Positions 49,704-61,623 of a DNA stretch of 64,000 nucleotides are shown one piece after another (position 1 is the stretch's first letter; the number at the start of each line of letters is the position of its first letter). The notes beneath the pieces were generated by a model that had not been told where the DNA came from, searched no databases, and saw nothing but the letters and a program-made list of their open reading frames with translations. Made by a program: the position numbers and the translations under genes. The stretch lies in sequence record OQ718158.1, one strand, 5' to 3'.

Positions 49704-52255
49704 TGGTAAGGTTTCTAAAGTAGGTTTAGTTTTTGAAAATTGTGAGTTCATTGAGATTGATGTAAAGAATGTTTTATGGATGCATATTGCTGACGTGAAA
49801 ACTCTTTGTAGTCGTTTTTCCAACGGTCTAACTATTAGTACTGGTATTGGTGAGTTCGGTATTGCATTGCGTAGTGATACTCCATCGGATTTCATGGATA
49901 ACTCTACACTGTTAGACCGTTTAAAAATGCGTGATGTTACACACGTTTATCTTTATGATACTAATGGTGTTGAACAGCGTTATGTAGTTGAATGGGCTAA
50001 TTATAACCTTAGTGATCAATATTCAGTAAACCAGCGTGTTCAACTCACCCCTGGTGGTAATATTGTGTTTGTTAGTTCAACTGGTAAATTAATCAGTGTA
50101 GATGATGAAAGTATTGATCTATTCACTTCATATAACTAATACGAGATAATATGAAAACAATCAAAACACATTTCAAAGATACATGGACAGAAGTAAGTAC
50201 TGGTAATATTCAAGATATTTTATACAGTACTGAAACTATTCATGTATATGATGAAGAGACAGCAGCCGAGCAGTTAAAGGTATTGCATCGTAGTGTAGGT
50301 GAACACACCGAGTACGGTGTCAAACATACTCGTGAATTGGTAAGTACTGATCATATTGACACCCGCACTGTAAATCTATCAAAAGAAGAAATGTTTGATT
50401 TTATTCTAAACAATACTTTAGCAATTCAACCAGATGGTTCACTATACAGTAAAACAGATGGTACACAAGTTCGTAAAAAGTACAATGTGACCATCAATGA
50501 TACGGTGATGTCTGGATATGATTTAGTTGATGCAATCAACGAGTACGTTTCTATGCAGAGGTTGAAATGATTAATCTGATATATTTTACAATTATTTGTT
50601 GCATTACTATTGTACTTTGTCGTCTAATTCATGTATACTCATATCATAAAGCGTTGAGAATCGAACAAGAGATTTACAACGAAAACCGTGAGCCAGAGCC
50701 AGAGAAGCTACCCCGCTCACCATATGCATTGAAGCGTGAGATGCATTCGGAGAGTAAGAAGTGGGGTTATGCAATAACCAAGCATGGTTATATCTACACT
50801 GCTGCAAATGGCTATTTTCAAATTCACCATGATCTTTCAGTTGCGATTGGAATTTTATGGGAAATGGAGGATATAGGTGGTTATGAGCGTACTAAATTCC
50901 CAAACTTACAAAATGATCCAGGAACTTCATGAAGAACATGATATAATTGTAGATGTAGAAAAGAAGGAAGTTGTTATGAAGAAGCAAGCATACCGCATCT
51001 TAGACAACTTCTATCTTAAGGCATTTATAATGAAGTTCTGTGCAGACGAGCACTTAACAGGACGTGTTATACGCAAGGAGTCGTAGATGGACATGAGTTC
51101 AACAATTCAGTACTTGAGCGAGAATTTTGTCAAAATCATTTCACGTGGTGGTATGATTGTGCATCCTGAAACTGAAGATATGTATATCATTCGTTTTGAT
51201 GCAAATTCTTATGATCAAGTACTTGTTGTTTCGAAATTAGTAGGTTATAATGAAGTCGTTCAGTTCTGCTGTACCGAGTTCGGTATCTATATTAAAGATG
51301 CAGAAACCAATGAGATTTCACATTATTTTTATCACACACTGATGGGTACTAAAGATTTTGGATTGAAATTCAATGATTTAGTACAATGTCACTATATGTT
51401 TAAAACATACCCAGCATCTGGGAAATAAGGAGTAACAATATGAGCAACATTTTCTTCAAAACCATTTCCTTCAAAAAAGAATCTTACTCTTACGCTTATG
51501 TAGATGGTAAAGTACTCAATATCGTTCTAGATGGTGTTGATGTGCCTGTTCAATTTACCAGTCATCAAGAAGCGATTGAGGGTGCTCAAGAGCTTAACAG
51601 CTTACTAAATGGTATTGAGAAGAAACCTGAAGTTAAATCTGACCTTGATTTATTGGTTGACAAAATTAAAAGTGGTGAACTATTATCAATTCTAGACCAG
51701 TGTAATGAAAAATTACGTGGTGTTGTTGGTGATGTACGTACTACAGTTCAAGATCGTCTACTTGAGCAAGCATTCAAAGAAGTTACTAAGAAAACTGAAG
51801 AACGTGTTGAAGGTATGATTAAAAACATTGATGACGTTCTCACTCATATGTTCACCAAGCCATACGAATCAAGTACTGATTCTGAAGAGAAACAAGAAGA
51901 ACCAGTAGAACGCACCAAGCCATCTATTGTTACTAAAGTTAAACATAGTTTTGGTTCACTGGATGATGTATTTGGCTTTACAAATGTACGTGTTAGTACT
52001 GATGAAAAACCAGAAGTTGATGAAATGCTAATTGGTGACATGACAACTGGACAACTCAAAAAAGAGATTGATACCTTTGTTAATGAACTAATTAGTTCTG
52101 AACGTGCTGAAAATATGTTTAGCAGTATTTCAGCAAACTTCGGTAAAGAAGCAACTGAGCAAGCAGTACAGGCATTCAAAGATTTGATTTACACTGTTGC
52201 AATTGCTAATCCAGAACAAACACTGGAAGAAGTTCTACGTAAAAACTTCAAATAA
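49687..52255 (+). other. Run of hypothetical CDSs (49687-50139, 50151-50570, 50567-50932 TM-anchored, small ORF to 51086, 51087-51428, 51440-52255)
   Basis: Co-oriented ORFs with RBS motifs. Confidence 0.65.
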
Positions 52256-52269
52256 GATATAGATAAAAG

Positions 52270-52298
52270 AAAAGCCACTACAATGTAGTGGCTTTTTT
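52270..52298. terminator. Bidirectional terminator between convergent genes
   Basis: AAAAGCCACTACA-A-TGTAGTGGCTTTT. Confidence 0.9.
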
Positions 52299-52299
52299 G

Positions 52300-53457
52300 T
52301 TATGCGTTATAACCAACAATGACTACAGTACAGCCAAATGGTTCAACAACTTTTAATACAACATTATCATCTGCATCGAGTTCAACTTCACTTAGAACAA
52401 CATGATTGTCTTCAGCATATACTTGAACTTGTGGGAGGATTTTACCATGTTCACTGACAGGAATGGACAGTGTGTACATAGAATCACCATCAACTACCCA
52501 ATCACTATCGGTATACGTGTTGTGATATGGAGTGGTGTGTAAGGTTTTACCAATAATACTCAATGAGATTGGAGCGTCATCAGTTTGGTACACAGTAATA
52601 TTACCGCTAGGATCTACAATGAGGTCTACTCCAATTTGGAATAAATCACCACTGTATGCTTGTAGAGCAAGATACTCACCACGCTCATGCACAGTAGCTG
52701 GTACAGTTGCCATGTACATACCATCGGACGTGTACTCAAACTGAGATAGAAGTACTGAAGTAACGAAGTCAATATCTTCGCCGCTTTCTAGTATATCAAA
52801 TTCAATAGTTTTGGTATTATATATGTCAGAAGTGAGTATGATGGTTCCTTTACCGGATTGAGTAATTGGATCAACTGGAATACTAAAAACATCATCAATT
52901 ATTTCAGTTGTGAAGTACTCGGTTCCGTCAGGAAGTATAACGGTAATACGCATTCCAGTTGTATCAATGGCTGAACCTGCGTTGAATAGGCGACCACCTA
53001 CCAAATCATCACCTACGAACGTTGGGAACATAAGGATGTTGTCTATATCTCTATCTATAATCCCGCATTCAGGGGTGTACATATTATATAGTGTTTGTGA
53101 ACTACCTAGAATTGTTTTGTGCAAAAGAAACTTATAAACAAACCCAGTAGGATCTGATTCAAGTTTAGCATCTGAGTATCCTCTTACGAAAAAAGAGTTC
53201 TTTCTTATTTCACTTAGGATTTGGTCATTAGTTTTGTTGTAGTTTAATTGATATCCTTGTATATCCTTTGTTGTAATTTGTACTTTACGATAAATTACAT
53301 TACTTACAGGATCAAGTAAATCATATAATCTATGGCTTCTCTGACGATAGATTCGAACATTTTTGAGTTTAGTCCCATCGTTGAGAATTGCACCATCGAC
53401 TACATATCCACATTCACCGAACTTATATCGTCCAGCAGCAGCAATCGATCTTGACAT
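52300..53457 (-). CDS. Reverse-strand, probably late/structural beta-rich protein with C-terminal repeats
   Basis: 385 aa; GGAGG RBS; ATAAATA upstream on the minus strand; two similar C-terminal modules (YMATVPATVHERG / YTLSIPVSEHGK). Confidence 0.7.
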   Translation of the reverse strand: MSRSIAAAGRYKFGECGYVVDGAILNDGTKLKNVRIYRQRSHRLYDLLDPVSNVIYRKVQITTKDIQGYQLNYNKTNDQILSEIRKNSFFVRGYSDAKLESDPTGFVYKFLLHKTILGSSQTLYNMYTPECGIIDRDIDNILMFPTFVGDDLVGGRLFNAGSAIDTTGMRITVILPDGTEYFTTEIIDDVFSIPVDPITQSGKGTIILTSDIYNTKTIEFDILESGEDIDFVTSVLLSQFEYTSDGMYMATVPATVHERGEYLALQAYSGDLFQIGVDLIVDPSGNITVYQTDDAPISLSIIGKTLHTTPYHNTYTDSDWVVDGDSMYTLSIPVSEHGKILPQVQVYAEDNHVVLSEVELDADDNVVLKVVEPFGCTVVIVGYNA

Positions 53458-53517
53458 TCATCCCTCCATTGGTATAATTATTATAACGTATTTATTCTAG
53501 ATAGGTAAAAAAGCACC

Positions 53518-53546
53518 TTGACTGAGTTGTGTTTTTGACGTATACT
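53518..53546 (+). promoter_or_regulatory. Sigma70-type promoter, divergent from the minus-strand gene
   Basis: TTGACT-N17-TATACT. Confidence 0.8.
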
Positions 53547-53573
53547 TAAATGGAATATCAATAAGGGGATTTT

Positions 53574-54158
53574 ATGAGTGTTGTAGAAAAACGTTTAGTA
53601 CTGAAAAATGGTAAAATGACTGTTAAGCTATACAAAGATGAAGCTGATTCTTTTATGGCTAAAGCAATTGAGAAATCCGAACGATATAAAATTCTTGCAC
53701 CTGCAAGTAAATCGCCGTATGGGTTTAATCACGCTCACAGTCATTTTGTTGGTATGGTATGTGAACATGCTTCATTTGTACTTTTTAATGAAATTGAAAA
53801 CTATTCAGGTATTGCACTTAACATCGATCCAGCGTTCCAAAGTGATGGACGTGATGGGGAATGTGATATCAAAGTAAACAACTTAAGAATTGAAGTGAAA
53901 GGTATCAAGTACAAATCGTGGACCGACTTTGGACCATGTGTTAGTACTCGACAGTTAAAAAATATACAGAAAAAAGCTGACGTTATTCTGTGGGTATTGT
54001 ATAATGAGAAAAAGCAAGAATTCACATTTGAGGGATTCAACTATGTAAAAGACATTAGTTCGATTCCAGTTGTGCTAACAGGTGTACCAGGGCGACCAAT
54101 GATTGAAAATCACCCAGTACTGAGTATTATTAAACCACTTCAGGAGTTACCATTATGA
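53574..54158 (+). CDS. Putative PD-(D/E)XK nuclease
   Basis: GMVCEHAS helix, GECDIKV...IEVKG catalytic-like signature. Confidence 0.55.
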   Translation: MSVVEKRLVLKNGKMTVKLYKDEADSFMAKAIEKSERYKILAPASKSPYGFNHAHSHFVGMVCEHASFVLFNEIENYSGIALNIDPAFQSDGRDGECDIKVNNLRIEVKGIKYKSWTDFGPCVSTRQLKNIQKKADVILWVLYNEKKQEFTFEGFNYVKDISSIPVVLTGVPGRPMIENHPVLSIIKPLQELPL

Positions 54159-57100
54159 TTACTGCCACTGTATATCAAGATATTAATGAAGAATTTAATT
54201 CTAAAATTGCATTTTTATCCTTTCCCGTATTGCCAGCTATTGGTGCTACGTTGAATCTTACAATCTGTGGCTTTGAAAAATACTATGAAGTACTAGATAT
54301 TGAGTACTGTGCAGATGTTTATTCATGCAACAGTGAGATTGCTATTCCTGTGCAAATCGACATTATTGTAAAAGAGGTTTGATTATGTTTAAACACTTTC
54401 TAGTAATCACTGCTGTTGTATTCAGTACTTCCTGCTTTGTTGCACCAGTACATGCGGAAGACCAGCGTCAAACAATCAAGACGATTGGAACAGGGAAAGC
54501 CCAACCAAAACGTACTGCTGAAGAATACATGCCTGAGATGCGTGAACGTTACCGCCAGCAATACCGTGAAAAACATGCTAATGATAAGCCTATCAAAAAG
54601 CATAAATGGAATGTAGTCAAATCGCCATCGTTTTGTGCTGGGTATGCTAAGGTTAAGGATGAACAGCACAACAAACAGTACTATAAAGATATGTACACAT
54701 TCTATGATTCGAGGATCTCGGATGATGACATGATGGCTGCTAAGGTTGATAAAGAAGAATTTCTTCAGGGTTATGACATGACCGATGATGACAAGATCAT
54801 GGAATGTGTTGAAGTATATGAAAAATACAGAGGTTTTGAATGACACTTTTGCTGATTCTAGGTTTATTAGTGTCATATTTCATTTTTCTTAACATCTTCT
54901 CTGATGCATCACATTTTGCATATGCTTCAGCTATTGCAAAACACGAAGGGATAAAGAAGTATATTCCTGCATTGTTATTCTCATATATGTACCATCCAAG
55001 GTACTTTACACTAGGTGTGTTTGACAAGTATGTATACGACGAAAAAGCACTCAATGAAATTGAATACTTTGTAAGAACTCATGCTAATAACAATCCAAAA
55101 TCATTAATTAACTTTACTGATAATCGCAAACGTGTTAGTATTAGAAGTGACTTGTATCCTACCAGTCACTTTCATCTAGGCGATTGTAGTGTGTACAGGG
55201 TTAGATACGAAAACTTACTGTTACCACCATCACATATAAGATACATAGAAAAATACTTGTTGAAATGTGTTGACTCCAAATAGTAAATGGCAGTATAATA
55301 GCTTCGTACCGCAATAACTGACAAGAGGATTTAACGATGGACGTATTAGCTACTCAATTCAAACGCAACGCAGAAGAACGTGAAGGTTACCTAAGTATCA
55401 GTGAAGTGGTTGAAGATGGATTCAAGCAGTACATTTTCAACAGTGCAATTAAACTGAAGCCAACAAAAGATTCACCGGACCGCAGCTTCACCAAGTGGAT
55501 TGCATTCTGGGAAGAGTCACCAATTGCAATCGAAATGACTGTCATCACTACAGTACTGGAAACTGGTTACATCAAAGCAATTGTAGTTGATAAGAAAGTT
55601 CGTACTCTTGATGAAATCGGGACATACCCAGCACGTAACTCTAAAGTATTTGGGTGTTTAGTTGATGGTAAGTTTATGATTGAAAAAGATGCTAAGAACT
55701 ATGTAATTGATAAACTACAAACCAGTGCTACTAAACAGGAAGTCGTAGACCAGAACGCAGTGGATGCTATTAAAAAGGCATGGGGTCTGAAATAATGTTC
55801 ACACTTAGCAATGCAAAGTATCTATTTCTTATTGCTATTATTGGTTGGGTGATGGCTCCAGTGCTTAATGCACTGGGGTTTCCAGACGGACATAAACTTG
55901 TAAATGTTTCAGGTGTAATCCAGGGCATTTCATGGTATTCATTGATTATATTTTCTATATGTATTCATACATTTGCACGTGATCACCGCCGTCTGCTTTT
56001 TGTTAAAGTATTCGGTACTAAGAGATATAGTTTTGTGTTTACATTTATTTTAATACCATGTATTATCTATGCTTTTGTATTTGATTACTATACTTATCTG
56101 TGGGTGTGTGGTTCTATGTTTGTTATGTTGGAATATACAAGAACTGTTCAAAACTCATATGCTGATGAGTATTATGATCTTGAAGTTAAACGAAAATTAA
56201 CGGAGCTAAACAAATGAGGGGATACAATAAGATTTGTATTTTTGTATTTTTAGTTTGTGCAATCAATACATTTGGATATTACTGTACTGAAAACAACATT
56301 TCATATGGTTTAAATCCTTTGTGGTTTACAATTGCCAATGTAGCACAAATTGGTATTGCTGTTATGTCTGCACTTATGTTCTGTCCAATTGTCACTATGG
56401 ATACTGATCATGAAAGGCTTGGATTTATCCGTGATACTGGAGACGAACCTTACAGTAGATTGATTGTGTTGTATCCATTTATTGTTATTTTAGGTACTAA
56501 CATCCAACTTGGGTCTTTATCTAATAGTGTTACTTCAGCAGCCATTACAGTCTTTGCATTCACATTTTTTATGGTACACAAATCAGTACTCAAATGGCAC
56601 ATCACCAAAATGGCAGAGAAAGGTACGGAAAACAGTTGACGTGAGTTATTGAGAGATATATAATTATTACATCAAAACTGGGAAATGGTAAGGAACTTAT
56701 GAACATCGATAAGGTCAAAGAACTTAGTGAAGCACTAATTAAGAACGAAGAAGCTTGTGAAGAACTTCGCAGTACTATCAAAGTTGAGTACGCACGTCTT
56801 CAAGCTATGCTTCAGGAATCCGAATGGGTTGTAACTAAATCTATCGAAGCAATCTATAAGGATATCGAATCCCTTTTCAACAAGAAAAGTAAGATTGAAT
56901 CTGATTCATATAACAAACGTAAAGAGTTATCTACTGCACTTGGTATCTAAAAGTATTTGACTTAACCAATAACATGGAGTACAATGTGCTCCTAATTTAA
57001 TTATCAGCTAAAAAGGAAAACATTATGAAATCTATTCTCGTTGCAGTTAACCTGGTTGCTTCCCCATCTTTTAACTTCAAACAAGTTGTTGCTGATAATC

Positions 57101-58209
57101 TGAAGAAGATCTGTCCAAACGCTGAATTGACTTTCTGTGTGTTTGATTCAGAAAAAGTAACTAAAGTTGATCTAAACTATCTTTTGAACGAAGTACAAAG
57201 TATTTCTGGTGAAAGTAGTTTGGAAGTACTGAATACGGTTGCTGATGACTATGATGATACACTGGTAATTTCGGAGAAATTCTAAATCCAATGCTTAGAT
57301 TTATACATTACTTAATCAGTAAGTTCTTTGGTTATTATACTATTGAAGGTAAAGCTACGCTTGCACATAAAATCTTTGTAGCATTATGTGTGGGTGATTA
57401 TGACGTATTGAATAAGCACTGTAAATCTAAAGCATGTATTGACATAATGGCACTTCGTATCTATGAGTGTCAGTTCAATAGATATAATTTTTACCAGTAC
57501 AGATATGATAAAGATGATTTTGATAGCATTAAAATGCTAAAGAATTTATGTAATAATAAAAAGAATATGCATATATCTGAATTTGTTGCATTGTATTTTT
57601 ATTTAAAAAGTTCATTATACATGAATACACTACAACGCTTCGATACTAGAATTAATGTATTCAACGATAAAGAATTTTATATCTATGATAAATTTTTAGA
57701 TAAGGTTTAATATGACAACTGTTTATATTGATAAACGCTTGGGAGTATTACTTACTGATTCAAAAGTGACATCAACTGAGCAACGTTCATTTTTGAACCT
57801 ATTCCCGTTGAAGCCAAAACTTAGTTATGGTGTAGTTTCACAAAAAACATTGTATGTACACGACCGACTGTTTAGTGCTTGCGGTGAGGTTAGTGAAATT
57901 AACAAAGTACTGAGATACTTGATTTCACAAGAGACTGTGATACCAGACCGCAAGGCGAGTTGTCACTGTGTTCTTGTGTCAAAAGATTACATCATTCACT
58001 TAATCGTTAATAAGGGTAAGTTTACCAAGAAGATTGATTATCTCCATAATGATTATACATTCTTTATGGGTAGTGGTGGTGAATACATGCTTGATGCAGC
58101 AGTACATGAAGAGTATAATACTCTTCTTGATAAGGTATTTGATACCTTCATGGATGTTCATAACCATGATATCTATACCGATGATAATATTAATGTATAC
58201 CGTTTTTGA
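54155..58209 (+). other. Run of hypothetical CDSs (54155-54382, 54379-54843 signal peptide, 54840-55283, 55337-55795, 55795-56217 and 56214-56639 multi-TM, 56699-56950, 57025-57285, 57291-57710)
   Basis: Co-oriented ORFs; sigma70 promoters at 55270-55299, 56636-56664, 56957-56985. Confidence 0.65.
57712..58209 (+). CDS. Ntn-hydrolase / HslV-proteasome-beta-like peptidase
   Basis: N-terminal M-TT, LTDSKVT, and FMGSGGEY resembling the GSG motif. Confidence 0.5.
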   Translation: MTTVYIDKRLGVLLTDSKVTSTEQRSFLNLFPLKPKLSYGVVSQKTLYVHDRLFSACGEVSEINKVLRYLISQETVIPDRKASCHCVLVSKDYIIHLIVNKGKFTKKIDYLHNDYTFFMGSGGEYMLDAAVHEEYNTLLDKVFDTFMDVHNHDIYTDDNINVYRF

Positions 58210-58231
58210 TTTCATTCATTAGGAGAAGTAA

Positions 58232-59200
58232 GTGAAAAAGCTTGATTTAAATGCAATTTCTGAAGAAGTACTGGATGAGTGTTTTGCTAGTGAAGAAGTC
58301 AACGTATTAGAGGCTCTTGATTCCGTAGAAGAAGAAGAAGAACATGACGGTCACAAGTTTGAGAAACCAAAAACAGGTATCAGCTTAACTCGCCCTAAAG
58401 GGATAACGAATGAAATGCTCATCCAAGCAGTGCGTGATGGCATAGACGTTAAAAAGAACATTGACCTTTTGGTTCGCTACAACTATCCAATGGTAGTAAG
58501 TGTTGCACGTAAGTGTACATGTTTTATCCCATTTGAAGATAAGATTTCTTATGGTGTTGAAGGTTTAATGCGAGCAATTCATACGTTCGACACTACCAAA
58601 AATGTTAAGTTCATTACATATGCAACAACAACTGTGTACATGACAATCTATAACGAAAGTGCAGATGCTAATTATCTAGTGCATTTCCCACGTTATATGA
58701 GTGTTAATAACATTTATGTGAAACGTTGTGTTGAAGAGTATCAAAGGAAACATGGTAAATACCCAACTCCTGAGATGGTGTCAAAAGAGACTGGTATTGA
58801 GATTCAACACGTTAAGAATTGTCTAACTTACAATAACACTTATGTAGCATTGAATATGAAAATGAGTAATGATTCAGAAAGTACATTATCTGACATTGTT
58901 ACTTCAGTTGAACCTGATTACAACTTAGGTGTAGAAACTGTCAGTACCCCACTGGTACAAAGTATTGCAGAAATGATGAGTAACCTATCTACCAAAGACC
59001 GTGAATTGATTGAACGTGTACATGGTATTGGTTCTTATTCTGAACCAGAAACGCTACGAGAAATCATTGAGAGTGGTTTTGAAGATGAGAAGGGTAAGGT
59101 CATGACTGCTCGTTCTTCATTGCACCGTAAGTACTCTGAAGCAATGGAACGACTGCGTAAGATGGTTAAGACAAAAGGTTATGAGTTCGAAGATTTTTAA
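58232..59200 (+). CDS. Phage-encoded sigma70-family RNA polymerase sigma factor (GTG start)
   Basis: Region 2 LVRYNYPMVVSVARK..EDKISYGVEGLMRAIHTFD..KFITYAT; region 3 PTPEMVSKETG; region 4 LSTKDRELIERVHG. Confidence 0.9.
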   Translation: MKKLDLNAISEEVLDECFASEEVNVLEALDSVEEEEEHDGHKFEKPKTGISLTRPKGITNEMLIQAVRDGIDVKKNIDLLVRYNYPMVVSVARKCTCFIPFEDKISYGVEGLMRAIHTFDTTKNVKFITYATTTVYMTIYNESADANYLVHFPRYMSVNNIYVKRCVEEYQRKHGKYPTPEMVSKETGIEIQHVKNCLTYNNTYVALNMKMSNDSESTLSDIVTSVEPDYNLGVETVSTPLVQSIAEMMSNLSTKDRELIERVHGIGSYSEPETLREIIESGFEDEKGKVMTARSSLHRKYSEAMERLRKMVKTKGYEFEDF

Positions 59201-59204
59201 GATT

Positions 59205-59234
59205 AAAGGGTTGACTTCGGTCAGCCCTTTTTTT
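59205..59234 (+). terminator. Rho-independent terminator with UUCG loop
   Basis: AAAGGGTTGAC-TTCG-GTCAGCCCTTT. Confidence 0.9.
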
Positions 59235-59236
59235 AT

Positions 59237-59264
59237 GGGACAAATTTATTAATGGTGATACAAT
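59237..59264 (+). promoter_or_regulatory. Class-II promoter driving the large ncRNA
   Basis: GGGACA-N13-TGA-TACAAT. Confidence 0.6.
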
Positions 59265-59270
59265 GATCTA

Positions 59271-59745
59271 TGTACAATCACAATGACAGTACTGGTACTG
59301 ACAATCTTCCCCTACTTCACTTGAAAATGTAAAGGATAGATGAGCTTTTCATTGTAGCGAACAGCAAAAGAAACCCGTTAGATGTGGGCATAGTTTGAAC
59401 CCCTCACGGCAATGCGGCTGTATAAAGAACCACGTTAGGATAGCTGGTGGTTCCTCGATAGACATATAAGGATAACACCTTACGAATTATCTAAGGGAGA
59501 GTTATCGAATTTTGTACAGGAAAGTTGCGTCCAAAATTTGAGTACTCACATTAAGTATTTGATTGCATAGATACTTAATGAAGATACACTATGTTTAAAA
59601 GTGTAGACCGTCATATGAAACTGAAGTAGAGAGAAACAGGATGACCCGCTTTCGCACTCGTTATGAGTAATCTTCAATGCAATAGCTCTGATACCATTAG
59701 CGTCAAATTTCCCTCCGTGCGGGGGGGAAGAAAAATCCCTTCCTC
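59271..59745 (+). ncRNA. About 430-470-nt highly structured ncRNA of unrecognised family
   Basis: No ORF of 60 aa or more; GC-rich; end pairing TCTTCCCC(59305)/GGGGAAGA(59724); helices GAACCAC/GTGGTTC, GATAAC/GTTATC with CCTTA/TAAGG, AATTTTG/CAAAATT, CATTAAGTAT/ATACTTAATG, TACACT/AGTGTA, GTCAT/ATGAC. Confidence 0.75.
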
Positions 59746-59769
59746 AAATCCCGTCAATATTAAAAGTCC

Positions 59770-59798
59770 TTGACAGTTATGATTCATTCGCGTAGAAT
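59770..59798 (+). promoter_or_regulatory. Sigma70-type promoter
   Basis: TTGACA-N17-TAGAAT. Confidence 0.85.
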
Positions 59799-59862
59799 AC
59801 GTAGTATTAGAAGCGAACAGACATCTCGAAGAGATGGATGATTAACCACTAAGGAATATCTA

Positions 59863-60296
59863 ATGAATTCAGTAATCTTTTTAATTATTGCTCTTTCACC
59901 ACAATCTGGTGTACAAATCACCCCAATGAATTCAATGAATCAATGCATTGCAGTACGTGACAGTACGTATGAACAAGTAAACAGCGTTTCACTTAGAACA
60001 GTTGGTGAAGAATTAATGTGGTGTTACAATAGTAATACTAAAGAAAAACTAATTGTTGGACAAACAGAATGAGTTATGGTGTTCGTTTTGAGATTCGTTC
60101 TATTGTTATCAATGACGAGAAACAAGCATCGTTGGATGACGATATACGAGAACTATATCTATCATGTATCCGTGCAAAATCTGAAGCAGATGCATTATCA
60201 CAAATGATTGGTTTTAATTTCTTTCATGGATACTATTTGGTACGAGTTATCGAAGTTAAAAAAGTCACTTTTGAGTGTCTTGCTGGAGAAATATAA
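59863..60296 (+). other. Two small hypothetical CDSs (59863-60072, 60069-60296)
   Basis: AAGGA RBS; coupled. Confidence 0.6.
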
Positions 60297-60297
60297 A

Positions 60298-61092
60298 ATG
60301 AGCACTATAGATGAATTGATTCGCCGGAATTCAAAATACTACGAACCATCAGAAATTGTCGGCAACATTACTAAATCTGAGTTCGGACCAAATACTCGAA
60401 AACTCATTCATGTAATGTCACGTGATGGCTTTAAATGTGATTGTTGTGGTGAATCCAATGTGGTATTCACTTTACATAAGCACAGTACTAAAGACCGTTA
60501 TAAATTCAGACCTTATGTACTTAAAGGGAAACGCCTTGTACGCATGACGTTAGACCATAATGTACTAGACTGTCTTCAGGGCGGTAATGATAAAGAGAAC
60601 ATGACTGCATTGTGTGAGGATTGTAACGCATTACGCCAGCATAAGTTTGCTGAGTACAGTGAGTTTAAGTACTGGTATCATAACGCAGATCGTTCCATCG
60701 AGCCTGACGTTAACTACTGCTTCATTGAGTACATTAAGAATGCAAAAGATACATACATTCTAAAATCAATGTCACCTATTACAGTGTTCCCTGAGAATCT
60801 ATTCAGTACTATGCAGCGTGATTTTAAACGTGGTATCATTAATGCATTCAAACACTTAGACAAAGGTATCAAGCACTTTGAGGTGCAATGCTTAAATGAA
60901 GGAATGAATCGTTTAGTACAAATTTACATGAAATCATTTATAGGTGTTGACACCGCACGTCTACCAGTATATAATTACTTTATTGAAAGCGAAGAAGGTG
61001 AATCACTTCGTGATTATGGTGAAAGATTTAATAATAAAGTTTTCACTGCAATCGCAAACGAGATTCATTACTATAAACCATATGTAATTTAA
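60298..61092 (+). CDS. HNH endonuclease with C-terminal extension
   Basis: RDGFKCDCCG..MTLDHNV..GGNDKENMTALCEDCNALR; GGAG RBS before ATG 60298. Confidence 0.8.
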   Translation: MSTIDELIRRNSKYYEPSEIVGNITKSEFGPNTRKLIHVMSRDGFKCDCCGESNVVFTLHKHSTKDRYKFRPYVLKGKRLVRMTLDHNVLDCLQGGNDKENMTALCEDCNALRQHKFAEYSEFKYWYHNADRSIEPDVNYCFIEYIKNAKDTYILKSMSPITVFPENLFSTMQRDFKRGIINAFKHLDKGIKHFEVQCLNEGMNRLVQIYMKSFIGVDTARLPVYNYFIESEEGESLRDYGERFNNKVFTAIANEIHYYKPYVI

Positions 61093-61595
61093 TTAGAGGA
61101 TATATCATGCAAATCATCATTCTTATCGTAGGTATCATTCTTGGTGTATATGGTCACTCCTGGATGAACGAGAAGTTCCCTAATACCCGTCCTGAGTATT
61201 GCAGTACTAATGTATTCCAGAATAGTGATAAACCAAAGGATAGTATTGGTAAGAAACTGGACAAAGTACTTGACGTAATCAACGAATAAGGGTAAAGTAT
61301 GTTTAAATCAAATACAAATGTTGGTAAGAAGGTTCAATTACTTGAGGATGTATCCACTATGAGTGGAACCTTCACTAAAGGTCACATCATGACTATTATT
61401 GCCGAAACATCCCGTGGGTGGGATTTGGAAGATGCTGATGGTAATCGCATCCTTGAGGCTGGATTCTATGGTCATCGTGAATATAAAATCATTGATTAAG
61501 GATGCAACATGACTTTAGAGATTGTCTTTGGTATTGTTAGCTTAGTCGTCTGTGTGGGTTGGTTTGGGTATCTGATGATTTTTGGTGATTAATAC

Positions 61596-61623
61596 TTGAC
61601 ATAAGATATCAGTACTGTATAAT
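61596..61623 (+). promoter_or_regulatory. Sigma70-type promoter with AGTACT next to the -10
   Basis: TTGACA-TAAGATATC-AGTACT-G-TATAAT. Confidence 0.85.

Noticed and set aside
59271-59745. Retron msr-msd or DGR template
   Set aside because: No reverse transcriptase in the window and no matching variable-repeat partner seen.
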